Positions 19,377-28,740 of a stretch of 64,000 bases of DNA are shown here, piece after piece. The notes beneath the pieces were generated by a model, which saw only the letters and a list, made by a program, of their open reading frames with translations, was not told the DNA's origin and ran no database searches. Source of the stretch: a virus (lineage: Duplodnaviria; Caudoviricetes); the IMG/VR virus record IMGVR_UViG_3300002514_008521, positions 24,449 through 88,448 of that record. One strand, 5' to 3'. A program made the position numbers and the translations under genes. Each line of letters starts with the position of its first letter. Position 1 is the stretch's first letter.

Positions 19377-21094
19377 CTATTTTTCTTTACAAGAATCTTG
19401 TGTTCCGGAAAATATAGGTAGTCAATATCAGTTCCAAGAAAACAGTTAATTGCGTGTACAGGCGTTTCACATATAGGTTCCCTATCATTAAAAGATGTAT
19501 TTAAAACTATTGGAATGCCTGTCTGTTTTTTGAATTCAGATATAATGTCATAATAAACTGGGTTCTGCTCTTTATTTACCGTTTGTATCCTGGCAGAGCC
19601 ATCTATATGTTCCACAGCTGGTACTAAACCTAGAATATCATTTTTAAAATGAAATACAAATCCCATGTAAGGAGATGGGTGGAAATTATCAAACCATTCA
19701 TCACCATGTTCTTCAAGTATTGAGGGTGCAAAAGGGCGATACCACTGTCTGTGCTTTACCTTTTTATTAATTAAATCTTTCATGTCATCATGACGAGGGT
19801 CTGCAAGTATACTTCTGTTCCCTAATGCTCTACGGCCGGACTCACTCCTTCCATGGAAGATGCTAACAATCTTTTTTTCAGTAAGAAGCTTAACACATTC
19901 CTTTATTTCAACATCATTAGTGACCTCTAGCTTGCTGGCTTCACTATTAATCGCTGCCTCTATATCTTTTACTGAATATTCTTCCCCAAGGTAAGGGGAA
20001 ACAAAATCATACGTTCTTTTATTTTTTAAAATATGATGCCAGTGATATTGGCATGCACCTATTGATAATCCACCATCATAAGGAACGGGGGGAATGAATA
20101 CATTTTCAATTTCTGGAAATTTTCTTTTTATCTTTCCTGTCATGACTGAATTTAAGGCAACACCCCCGGAAAAGCACAGGTTTTTAGCATTCATATTATG
20201 TTTTTTTGCAAGATCTATGACACCTTCAACAAGTGAAAATACCCATTCTTCAGTGCACTTTTGTAATGCAGCTGCAATATTAAATTTCTCTTTTTCATCT
20301 TTTGACGCGTCAGTCCAGGGACCTAGATAGTCATGACGTACATCATCCTCAGGTGCAACATACACATGTTTTTTTGTACCGGGAGGGGTCTCTGTTGCCG
20401 CTTGATAATGTCTAACATCCGAAAAGATTAAGCGCATGGCATCGTAATATTTTTGTGGATCCCCTAAAGCAGCCATGGCCATGACTGATCCTGCCTGGTG
20501 CCCCCGCGGATACCCTGCTGATAGGCCGAAAACATACCTTGTAAGCTTGCCCCATATTGCCCCTGCACTCATTCTTGAGGAAGGTAAGGGTTCACAGATC
20601 TTAATCATCTCTAAATCTTTACCGTAGTAGAATCCGGCTGAAATACTTTGAAGGCCATGGCCTGGGTGGACTTTACTATCACATGTATATGGTTCACCAG
20701 GACCTATAGGATAGTGAGTCTCTAGGCCATTTCCATCCAGAGTTATGACCAGTGATTCCTCATGAGGAGATGAGTAGAATGCATGGGCTGCATGACATAG
20801 ATGGTGGGGGTAAACACTAATTTTATTTTTTTTAACTTTTGTGAACGTATCAAATCCATCATGACTATTGAATGCTAAATTAGTTACCGGGGTAGGGGTA
20901 ACCCAATGCTCAATATCATCTAGTGACTGGCCAGTTTTTGTGAGGTATATATCCTCAAGATATTTTAGGCTATCGCCACCTGACTCTTTTAGTCGTGTGT
21001 ATCTTTCAATTTCGATATGCTCAACTACCTTGCCATTATCTAGAACACAGTAGCCACCATCATGATAATTGTATAACCCTACCACTTTTGACAT
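19373..21094 (-). CDS. Carbamoyltransferase (NodU/CmcH family)
   Basis: YHDGG, HHLCHAAHAFY, DGNG, SGGVALN, DGGLSIG, GRRALGNRSILADPR, RQWYRPFAPS, VLNTSFN. Confidence 0.95.
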   Translation of the reverse strand: MSKVVGLYNYHDGGYCVLDNGKVVEHIEIERYTRLKESGGDSLKYLEDIYLTKTGQSLDDIEHWVTPTPVTNLAFNSHDGFDTFTKVKKNKISVYPHHLCHAAHAFYSSPHEESLVITLDGNGLETHYPIGPGEPYTCDSKVHPGHGLQSISAGFYYGKDLEMIKICEPLPSSRMSAGAIWGKLTRYVFGLSAGYPRGHQAGSVMAMAALGDPQKYYDAMRLIFSDVRHYQAATETPPGTKKHVYVAPEDDVRHDYLGPWTDASKDEKEKFNIAAALQKCTEEWVFSLVEGVIDLAKKHNMNAKNLCFSGGVALNSVMTGKIKRKFPEIENVFIPPVPYDGGLSIGACQYHWHHILKNKRTYDFVSPYLGEEYSVKDIEAAINSEASKLEVTNDVEIKECVKLLTEKKIVSIFHGRSESGRRALGNRSILADPRHDDMKDLINKKVKHRQWYRPFAPSILEEHGDEWFDNFHPSPYMGFVFHFKNDILGLVPAVEHIDGSARIQTVNKEQNPVYYDIISEFKKQTGIPIVLNTSFNDREPICETPVHAINCFLGTDIDYLYFPEHKILVKKNR

Positions 21095-21102
21095 ATTTCA
21101 CC

Positions 21103-21903
21103 TCACCTGGTTAATAAAACCTGACCATAATCTATCTGATCATCTGTATATCTTCTATCATCAAGAAATATTCGTCTATCCATTATAATAAGTTCTTTAC
21201 TGTCATCTTCTATTTGATCAATCAAATTACTGCATTGTATACCGGCACCGGAATCTTTTGATGGCAAGTGATAATCATCAAATAATAATAATTTTTGATA
21301 TCGATCCTTGGTTAATTCCCAATCTTTTTTTACGGCATCATATGTGTGATCACCATCGATGTAAATAAAGTCATACTCATCTTTTACCTCTTTTGATTGT
21401 AGGAATGCATGACTGGTTTCTTCTACCATGGTTATCCTAGACATAAATTCCTTGGGAAATACCTGCGATATCATTTCAATATGTCTTTTATTAAAATTTG
21501 GATCAACCGTCGTTATTTCACCATAACCATTCTCATTCATGGCCATGGCTGCACACATTGTTCCATACCCTCGGCCGAAACCTATCTCTAAAAAAGATCT
21601 TATGTTATATTTTTTGATAAGTGCATATATTAATATTCCTCGCTCATAATTTGGTCGGAAAAAACATCCTACATTTTTGTATAACTCTGATGAGGGATCT
21701 CTGGTTTTTTTTGCTGTATACTCACCAATTTGATCAAACATTCCTAAACTAAAATCATCCAAAGAAAAGCCCATACTTTTTAGCTTATCCATGATCATAA
21801 TTTTTGGTATATCACCGGTAGCATCAGGAATATTTTCTGGCTGTGATTTTGACTGGGGTCCGGACATAAAATCACCCCAATTTAGTTTATTAAAATCACT
21901 CAT
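21103..21903 (-). CDS. Class I SAM-dependent methyltransferase (Methyltransf_24-like)
   Basis: LEIGFGRGYGT, FIYIDGDHTYDAVKKD, LLFDDY. Confidence 0.85.
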   Translation of the reverse strand: MSDFNKLNWGDFMSGPQSKSQPENIPDATGDIPKIMIMDKLKSMGFSLDDFSLGMFDQIGEYTAKKTRDPSSELYKNVGCFFRPNYERGILIYALIKKYNIRSFLEIGFGRGYGTMCAAMAMNENGYGEITTVDPNFNKRHIEMISQVFPKEFMSRITMVEETSHAFLQSKEVKDEYDFIYIDGDHTYDAVKKDWELTKDRYQKLLLFDDYHLPSKDSGAGIQCSNLIDQIEDDSKELIIMDRRIFLDDRRYTDDQIDYGQVLLTR

Positions 21904-22250
21904 AGTTCCTCTATTCTTTTGGCTTTGTCATCTACGATTAAATCGAAATGAGGTTTTGGATTCGGACTAGTACCTGTTACAAGATCATGATATTTACATC
22001 CCCATGCCTTTAACTGCTTGCTAGTATGATCAGAATAATCCTTACCTGAGATTGATCCACGTGCGGTCCAGTAAACAACTTTCCAACCTTCATCATATAA
22101 TTTATTGATTTTTGCAATATTATCAAAATTAGGCTCCGACAAATCGTACCTGCGGACATCTGAATAAAAACAGATCGTTTCGTCGATGTCAATTAAGGCG
22201 ACGCGTTGTGTACCCTTGTCTGAAAATCTATTTGATTCATGAAACTTCAT
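21900..22250 (-). CDS. Small HAD-superfamily phosphatase
   Basis: IDIDETIC (DxD), WTARG, KP..DLIVDDKA. Confidence 0.85.
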   Translation of the reverse strand: MKFHESNRFSDKGTQRVALIDIDETICFYSDVRRYDLSEPNFDNIAKINKLYDEGWKVVYWTARGSISGKDYSDHTSKQLKAWGCKYHDLVTGTSPNPKPHFDLIVDDKAKRIEEL

Positions 22251-22622
22251 TTAATCCCCCTTTGTTATTCTATGGCTGTCACTGTCAAAATGTTGCGTTG
22301 AGAACTCAAATAACTCAGAGTCTTCTAGGGCAACCATCTGATGGCGTAGGCCGGTATAGACATGAAAATTTTCTCCCGGAAGGAGTATTTTCTGTTTTGC
22401 ACTTGATATATCATCACTATCTGAGTAGTATACCATTAATTTTCCTGACTGTAGATAGAATACTTCATCTTTTATTTTATGATAATGCCATGAACATCTT
22501 TTGCCGCTTTTAAAAAATAGTAGCTTTCCACAGTACTTTTCATTATTGACTATCCATCTTTCATATCCCCACCCTTTGGGAACATGTTTCATTTCACACG
22601 CAGTCTTATCTTCTGTCTTCAT
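22251..22622 (-). CDS. Cupin-fold sugar isomerase/epimerase-like protein
   Basis: VPKGWG, SWHYHKIKDEVFYL, RHQM metal-binding cupin motifs. Confidence 0.8.
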   Translation of the reverse strand: MKTEDKTACEMKHVPKGWGYERWIVNNEKYCGKLLFFKSGKRCSWHYHKIKDEVFYLQSGKLMVYYSDSDDISSAKQKILLPGENFHVYTGLRHQMVALEDSELFEFSTQHFDSDSHRITKGD

Positions 22623-23013
22623 GTTTTTTTGCCATATTATTCACTATATTGGTGGTTGAATAATTCTTGACCGTATCAAAAATTATAACTTTGCATATAT
22701 CGCTTCCTACAACGGAATCAACCTTATAATCCCCTCCCTTTACAAGGATATCAGGTTTTATTTTTTTGATTAGGTTGTAAGGCGTGTCTTCATCAAAGAT
22801 AATAACGTCATTAACCCATTTTAGTGATAGCAAAGCATACTTTCTATCATTTTGATTATTAATGGGTCGGGTAGGCCCTTTAAGACGAGCAACGCTGGCA
22901 TCACTATTTATTCCAACAATCACATGATTACCCAAACTATGACAAAACTCGAGTAGCTCAAGGTGACCTCGATGAAGAATGTCAAAGCATCCATTTGTGA
23001 ATATAGTTTTCAT
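22606..23013 (-). CDS. Heptose-1-phosphate adenylyltransferase (HldE/RfaE2 domain)
   Basis: TNGCFDILHRGH, GINSDASVARLKGPTRP, KGGDY, YSTT. Confidence 0.92.
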   Translation of the reverse strand: MKTIFTNGCFDILHRGHLELLEFCHSLGNHVIVGINSDASVARLKGPTRPINNQNDRKYALLSLKWVNDVIIFDEDTPYNLIKKIKPDILVKGGDYKVDSVVGSDICKVIIFDTVKNYSTTNIVNNMAKKHEDRR

Positions 23014-23024
23014 TAATCCCTAAG

Positions 23025-23996
23025 TTATTTAGTAGATTTTAGTAGTGCTATATCGGATGTGACCATCTTTTTTACTAACTCATCAAAACTAGTTCGTGGT
23101 GACCATCCTAGTTCATTTTTTGCCTTTGTATAGTCGCCTCTTAAGACATCCACTTCAGCAGGACGCATATACCTAGGGTCTTGTTTTACATGTGCTTCCC
23201 AATCGTCAATTCCCACGAAGTTAAATGCCGCACTTAAGAAGTCTCTTATTGAATGAGCTTGATTAGTTGCGATTACGTAGTCGGAGGGAGCATCTTGTTG
23301 CATCATAAGCCACACAGCCTCCATATAATCTGGTGCGTATCCCCAGTCTCTCCTTGCATCTAAATTCCCTAATGAAATATGATCGGCTAAACCTAGATGT
23401 ATTCTGGCCACACCATCTGAAATTTTTCTAGTAACAAACTCTAGGCCTCTTCTTTCGGCCTCATGGTTAAATAAGATTCCGGAAATATTAAACATATCAT
23501 ATGACTCACGATAGTTCTTTGTGATCCAGTGGCCATACAGTTTGGCAACCCCATAAGGGCTTCTAGGATAAAATGGTGTATTTTCATTAGCTGGATTTTC
23601 AACCATCCTTCCGAACATTTCAGAACTACTGGCCTGATAGAATTTTATAGATTTTTTGTATTCTCTAATTGCCTCCAAAACCCTAAGAACACCCAGACCG
23701 GTTACGTCAGATGTATGTTCAGGTGTGTTCCAACTTTCACCCACAAAGCTTTGAGATGCAAAGTTATAAATTTCATGAGGATCACACTCTTGAAGTATTC
23801 TTAGCAAAGAATTTTGATCAGTTAGATCACCCGTTAAAAATGTTATTTTTCCCTCGAGGTGACTAGTATTCGTACGATTTTTTACAGAAGACCTTCTTTC
23901 CATGCCGAATACCTCATAGCCTTTCGCTAGAAGTAAGTCGGACATGTAGCTTCCGTCCATTCCATTAACACCGGTTATTAATGCTCTTTTTGTCAT
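23025..23996 (-). CDS. gmd: GDP-mannose 4,6-dehydratase
   Basis: ITGVNGMDGSY, YQASSSEMFG, FYPRSPYGVAK, GILFNHE, GNLDARRDWG, RPAEVD. Confidence 0.95.
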   Translation of the reverse strand: MTKRALITGVNGMDGSYMSDLLLAKGYEVFGMERRSSVKNRTNTSHLEGKITFLTGDLTDQNSLLRILQECDPHEIYNFASQSFVGESWNTPEHTSDVTGLGVLRVLEAIREYKKSIKFYQASSSEMFGRMVENPANENTPFYPRSPYGVAKLYGHWITKNYRESYDMFNISGILFNHEAERRGLEFVTRKISDGVARIHLGLADHISLGNLDARRDWGYAPDYMEAVWLMMQQDAPSDYVIATNQAHSIRDFLSAAFNFVGIDDWEAHVKQDPRYMRPAEVDVLRGDYTKAKNELGWSPRTSFDELVKKMVTSDIALLKSTK

Positions 23997-24907
23997 GATA
24001 AAACCTCTTTGAGCATTTTAATATACTCATCTTTATGCTTCTTTATATTATACCTTTGAACATTATTAAAGTTTAGTTCGATATCTTCATTCGTAGGGTA
24101 ATATATTTCATGCGGAATATTAATTATGCAATTTTGATGAAGTATTTTGCTAGCGACCCCTACATCAGTAGAAACAATAGGCACTTTCATAGCTGCAGCT
24201 TCATAAATTGCCTGGGGACCACCTTCATACCTAGAAGATACTATATAGAGATCACAACATGCATACATTTTTCGTACTACATCTATCGGTGCTAGCTCTA
24301 CGCCAGTAAACGGAATATTACATTCAGATAGTCGATCACAGATATATTCCCTTCTCCATCCCCCCAATAACACCAAAATATCTTCTCTATTCATCTTTTT
24401 TACATATTCAACAAATAAATCTGGACCTTTTTCAAGTTTTGGTTTCCTGGTACCACCCTCAGTATCGCGTTGAAATGAACCAATGATAAATTTATCTTCA
24501 GGTAGGCCGAATTGTTTTCTGCACTCTGATTTGTCCTCTATAAACCATGTACTTGAATCATACCAATACGGGATTACATAGATCGGTTTCTCAGTAAGTT
24601 TTTTTATAAATCCAGCGGTTGTATCATTAGGGACATGATATGCATCGACATATTGATCCCTTAGCTTAAAGGCATTTATTTTTTTTTCGTCAAACTTATC
24701 TGGAACTATATGATGCTCAGTAACTACAACTTTTTTTTCCGAAAGTATTTTAGTAGGTACCTGGTTCCAGCACCAGCCGGCCAGTAGCCACAAGATATCA
24801 CAAAAATTAATATCATCTGTTGTCATATGTGAAACATTTTTCTTCCATTCCTGAAGCTGTCTGTCACAAATCCAATTTTCCCGAGGGGCTAGAACAAAAA
24901 TTTTCAT
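23993..24907 (-). CDS. GT4-family glycosyltransferase
   Basis: EKGPD, SRYEGGPQAIYEAAAMKVPIVSTDVG. Confidence 0.88.
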   Translation of the reverse strand: MKIFVLAPRENWICDRQLQEWKKNVSHMTTDDINFCDILWLLAGWCWNQVPTKILSEKKVVVTEHHIVPDKFDEKKINAFKLRDQYVDAYHVPNDTTAGFIKKLTEKPIYVIPYWYDSSTWFIEDKSECRKQFGLPEDKFIIGSFQRDTEGGTRKPKLEKGPDLFVEYVKKMNREDILVLLGGWRREYICDRLSECNIPFTGVELAPIDVVRKMYACCDLYIVSSRYEGGPQAIYEAAAMKVPIVSTDVGVASKILHQNCIINIPHEIYYPTNEDIELNFNNVQRYNIKKHKDEYIKMLKEVLS

Positions 24908-24908
24908 T

Positions 24909-25820
24909 TTAAGAATCTTCTCTTATTTCCTGCAAGATTTCAATATACTTTAAAGCAGTATCTTTAACATCTATTGGGGAACTTGATGTATTAGAAATAG
25001 TATTATTAAAATTCATGGGTGGAGGTTCATATAACTTTATTGGCTCAAATCCCCACTCTTCCTCAACAATTACTGTCGCATTCTTTCCAGCAATTTCTTT
25101 TGTTCCACCAGTACTAGAACACACTACATGACATCCGGATGCCCTGGCATCAACAACAACATTCGGACAATGGTCTAAGTATGCTAAGTGTAGAAACGTC
25201 TCAGAACGCTTATAAAGTGCTATCAATGTATTCCAGTCTAGTGGCCCTGAATAAAATATTCTCGGATCATTAACTTGGTAATCCGGATTGGGTCCAGCGA
25301 TTATAAGGCATCGATCATTCGGAGCGTGATCTAGAAAATATTTCACGTTTTCCTCTAATCTTTTGTGAGGGCGCCAGGACGATGCACAGGACCACACACC
25401 GGTAAAATTATTTAACACACCACTATCTAATGGTGATATATCATCAATCCAATCTAATTTTGTACCATTATGTACAACATGTGCATTTGTATGAGTACCA
25501 AAGTACTTTTCGACTAATTTCTGATTGAAATGCGATTGGTATATTACTGCATCTGCAGTTTTAAAACTAGATTGTATCGGTGAATTTAATTCTTTCCAGT
25601 CTTGTGAAATATTGAAATAAATTCCATCTAGACGCAAAGCAGTGGGAGCTATTTTAAAGTTAGACTGAATAAATGACAGTTGCACATCAATATTTTCAGA
25701 GTTAACATTTGTGAGCACAAAATTGTCATCATCTTCAGATATCTGGCTGGCTAGTTTTTTTGCAAAATTGTTAGGGCCGCTAGTACTAGTAAGGTTTACA
25801 TTATCAAAAAGAATATTCAT
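24909..25820 (-). CDS. GT4-family glycosyltransferase
   Basis: SGPNNF, VVHNG, KRL, DHCPNVVVDARASGC..SSTGGTKE. Confidence 0.85.
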   Translation of the reverse strand: MNILFDNVNLTSTSGPNNFAKKLASQISEDDDNFVLTNVNSENIDVQLSFIQSNFKIAPTALRLDGIYFNISQDWKELNSPIQSSFKTADAVIYQSHFNQKLVEKYFGTHTNAHVVHNGTKLDWIDDISPLDSGVLNNFTGVWSCASSWRPHKRLEENVKYFLDHAPNDRCLIIAGPNPDYQVNDPRIFYSGPLDWNTLIALYKRSETFLHLAYLDHCPNVVVDARASGCHVVCSSTGGTKEIAGKNATVIVEEEWGFEPIKLYEPPPMNFNNTISNTSSSPIDVKDTALKYIEILQEIREDS

Positions 25821-26551
25821 GTGAGATACCCTCTTTCACGGACCCACTCAGCTGATCTTTTTTGTTTTTTTGATCGATCACATGTGAATAATTCAGGATT
25901 TGATAGATTTATATTATAATGATAACAAACCATTGGTAAGAATAATCTGGGACGATTTTCTAACCCGGCTTTATGTAGCATTGGTAGAAATACTGCCTGA
26001 TCACAACCAATCATAATCCACTCATCATCATCATCTTTAAAGTTCTTAATGTTGATATTATTTATCGCATCTTTTCGAAATGTCTTAAGATGACTTGAGA
26101 CCCATGGATGCTTGTATATATCAATATCATCACCACTTAGGGGTCCTGATATATTTTGTGTTGTAAATGCCCATCTTTGCTTAGTCCATAGAACTGCAGG
26201 GTTTGAGTCATTATATACGTGATTGATTATTGCCAGGGTGTCTAAGTCGGTTAACCAATCCCCCCCATCTAGGCGACATATAATATCATTATCATTTATA
26301 GAATTAACTGCATCTAGTGTATTTCTGACTTCACCAAATTTTTCGTTTCTTGCTACTACTTGTAAGCGATCGCCCAGACCGAATGCTTTTGATATATCTT
26401 CAGCGCGTTGGGGTGTAGTATCTGTTGACATATCATCGTATATTACCATTCTCCAATTTGAGTATGATTGTGATATTACCGAAAGTATTGTTTGCTGGAT
26501 TTCTTCTTCGCAGTTATAGGCAGGGGTTACAAAAACAAATTGATTATTCAT
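25817..26551 (-). CDS. GT2-family glycosyltransferase
   Basis: VTPAYN, IYDDMSTD, RLDGGDWL. Confidence 0.88.
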   Translation of the reverse strand: MNNQFVFVTPAYNCEEEIQQTILSVISQSYSNWRMVIYDDMSTDTTPQRAEDISKAFGLGDRLQVVARNEKFGEVRNTLDAVNSINDNDIICRLDGGDWLTDLDTLAIINHVYNDSNPAVLWTKQRWAFTTQNISGPLSGDDIDIYKHPWVSSHLKTFRKDAINNINIKNFKDDDDEWIMIGCDQAVFLPMLHKAGLENRPRLFLPMVCYHYNINLSNPELFTCDRSKKQKRSAEWVRERGYLT

Positions 26552-28475
26552 GTTCCAGGCGCTCTTTTATAACCTGAGGATATTCTGAGTCCAGTACAAG
26601 ATAAGGGGTTGGCTTATTAAAGTCGACCGGATCATGAAATACCCAACCTCCCATTTCATCTTGCAATTTATTTGCTAGCGTCTCTATATCATTTTCCGTT
26701 ACTTCGGACCATGGTTTTTGAAAGAACATGTTATTTTCAGCAGTATCTTCCTGGGTTATATCAAATAAGCTTTGCCAGTGCTTGGACCAATAATCTCTAT
26801 AGGTACGAATCTTTCTAGATAAATCAAACCAAGAGAAATGATGCACACAAGGTAACATTTCTGCACAGCGTACAAACCATTCAGCATATTTCTCTAATGC
26901 TTGTTTGTCACCTCCAAGTGCACGAAGGCGATATTCATGTGCTTCATTATTATAAAAGTTTGCATGTGGAATTACATCACCGGTATCACTATGTATATAA
27001 TCACATCCATCGGTACCCAGTTTTGCAAAAAGAGTTCCATCATCATCATAGTTTCTCAAAGCCTTAGGTATCCCGTGTGTAATTCCTTCATTATTTCTAG
27101 AAAGTCTCCACTTCCATGGATTAACATCAACACGTACTTTTCCTTTTTTACCCCAATACTCGACGACCGGTAAACACAGAATATCAGTATTTCGTGGGAA
27201 TGATCTCATGAGGCTAAGTACTTTATCATAATCATTTTCATGAACCACTTCATCAGCATCCTGTTGCCAACAAAATTCCCTGGTACATAATGATCTTGCA
27301 TATGCTTTTTGTGCACCATCAAATACTGCGAATCTTTTATTTTCCCAGTCTCTTTTTTCTTGATGAATTACTAACCTAACTTCTTTATCACTCCACTCTT
27401 TCAACTCTTCCCATGTGCCGTCTGTTGAACCACCGTCAACAACAACCACTTCATCACAAAATCCAAGTAATGATTTAATGCACTCTTTCCATGGATAATC
27501 ATGGGTATTGCAGTCTAATGTTGTGGTATATCCACTTAGCTGGGGTATATAGTTCATGTTGTGCTTTATCCCTTTCCAGAATACATCACGTGCAGCATAC
27601 AAATATGATTCAGTCTCTAAATTATCCTCAGTGTCAAACCACTCTTCATCTTTATGTTGAACATCTTCGTTTAAATGAAGTTTACACCCTAATAACTTGG
27701 CCTCAATAACCATCCTAGGACATGTATCCCAACCCTGTGGCAAATACACAAACCCTTCAGCCTGTGCTAATTTCTCTAGAAGCATGCCATATTCCAGGCC
27801 CCAGACTACTTCGTACTCTTTACCGTTATCTTTACACCACTGCTCAGCTAATCCGGCACCTTTGACCCAACTAGTTGAACCTAAGACAACCCATCCTTTT
27901 CGGGTGTGATTTTTATATTTTTCTCTTAATAGTTTAAGTGTTATGAAGAATTGATCATCAAAGACTGAACTTAAAACATGGTTTTCGACCTGGGATAGTG
28001 CGGGAAACTTTTTAAAATATATCTGTTGTTGAGCTTCTGACATCCACCACAGAGATTTCGCACTCATCATGAAAGCTGCTATCATCTTTCCATAAAGATC
28101 ATTCTCACATGTGCAGGGAGTCTTTTCAGCTTCTTCATGACGCTGAGGTGAACGGTATTTACAATATTTATAGTCATACTCTAGGATTGAATAGTCTAAA
28201 TTTCCCATTATTGTCGGAATCAGGTTCTTATCTACACCTGCATAATTCCCAAATACCCAATAATTTTTATGACCCTTCTCGAGAAGCTCCATTGTTAACT
28301 GATGTGATCTAATTTTTTTAACAGTAAAGGGAGAAGAATCGATTAGTGCTTGTGTGGTTAATTCGGCACCACCGACATAATCTTCCTTGAATGCATCAGC
28401 AACAAAAATGATGTCTGTATCTGCTATAAGAATATTGTCTTTCTTTCCGTCTTCAAATAATTTTGTATTGAACAT
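26544..28475 (-). CDS. Two-domain glycosyltransferase (GT-B-like N-half + GT2 C-half)
   Basis: GGAELT and DTCPRMVIEAKLLGC (GT4-like); VVVDGGSTDGT and QQDADE (GT2). Confidence 0.85.
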   Translation of the reverse strand: MFNTKLFEDGKKDNILIADTDIIFVADAFKEDYVGGAELTTQALIDSSPFTVKKIRSHQLTMELLEKGHKNYWVFGNYAGVDKNLIPTIMGNLDYSILEYDYKYCKYRSPQRHEEAEKTPCTCENDLYGKMIAAFMMSAKSLWWMSEAQQQIYFKKFPALSQVENHVLSSVFDDQFFITLKLLREKYKNHTRKGWVVLGSTSWVKGAGLAEQWCKDNGKEYEVVWGLEYGMLLEKLAQAEGFVYLPQGWDTCPRMVIEAKLLGCKLHLNEDVQHKDEEWFDTEDNLETESYLYAARDVFWKGIKHNMNYIPQLSGYTTTLDCNTHDYPWKECIKSLLGFCDEVVVVDGGSTDGTWEELKEWSDKEVRLVIHQEKRDWENKRFAVFDGAQKAYARSLCTREFCWQQDADEVVHENDYDKVLSLMRSFPRNTDILCLPVVEYWGKKGKVRVDVNPWKWRLSRNNEGITHGIPKALRNYDDDGTLFAKLGTDGCDYIHSDTGDVIPHANFYNNEAHEYRLRALGGDKQALEKYAEWFVRCAEMLPCVHHFSWFDLSRKIRTYRDYWSKHWQSLFDITQEDTAENNMFFQKPWSEVTENDIETLANKLQDEMGGWVFHDPVDFNKPTPYLVLDSEYPQVIKERLEHE

Positions 28476-28682
28476 GTAAAATCATTGCTCCAATCAAATA
28501 CGCATAAAGAATCTTACATATGGTCTGAGGAATGTTTACATACAATTTTCATAGAAAAAATTAAACATTTCTAGAAAAGTATAGAATAATAAGTTCTGGG
28601 AACTGAATTCAGATAACTGCTAACTGATACTGATATCAGATTATCTTACTTTCTATATTCTATTCTACTATTTAATTAAATT

Positions 28683-28740
28683 CAGTATCAGTATCAGTAT
28701 CAGTATCAGTACCAGTATCAGTACCAGTATCAGTACCAGT
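28683..28740. repeat. Hexamer tandem repeat (CAGTAY)x9.7
   Basis: CAGTAT x4, then alternating CAGTAC/CAGTAT, read directly; a partial inverted copy AACTGATACTGATA lies at 28623-28636. Confidence 0.95.

Noticed and set aside
28683-28740. CRISPR array or TD-repeat ORF
   Set aside because: Pure hexamer tandem without spacers; the TGTDTD-like frame has no credible start
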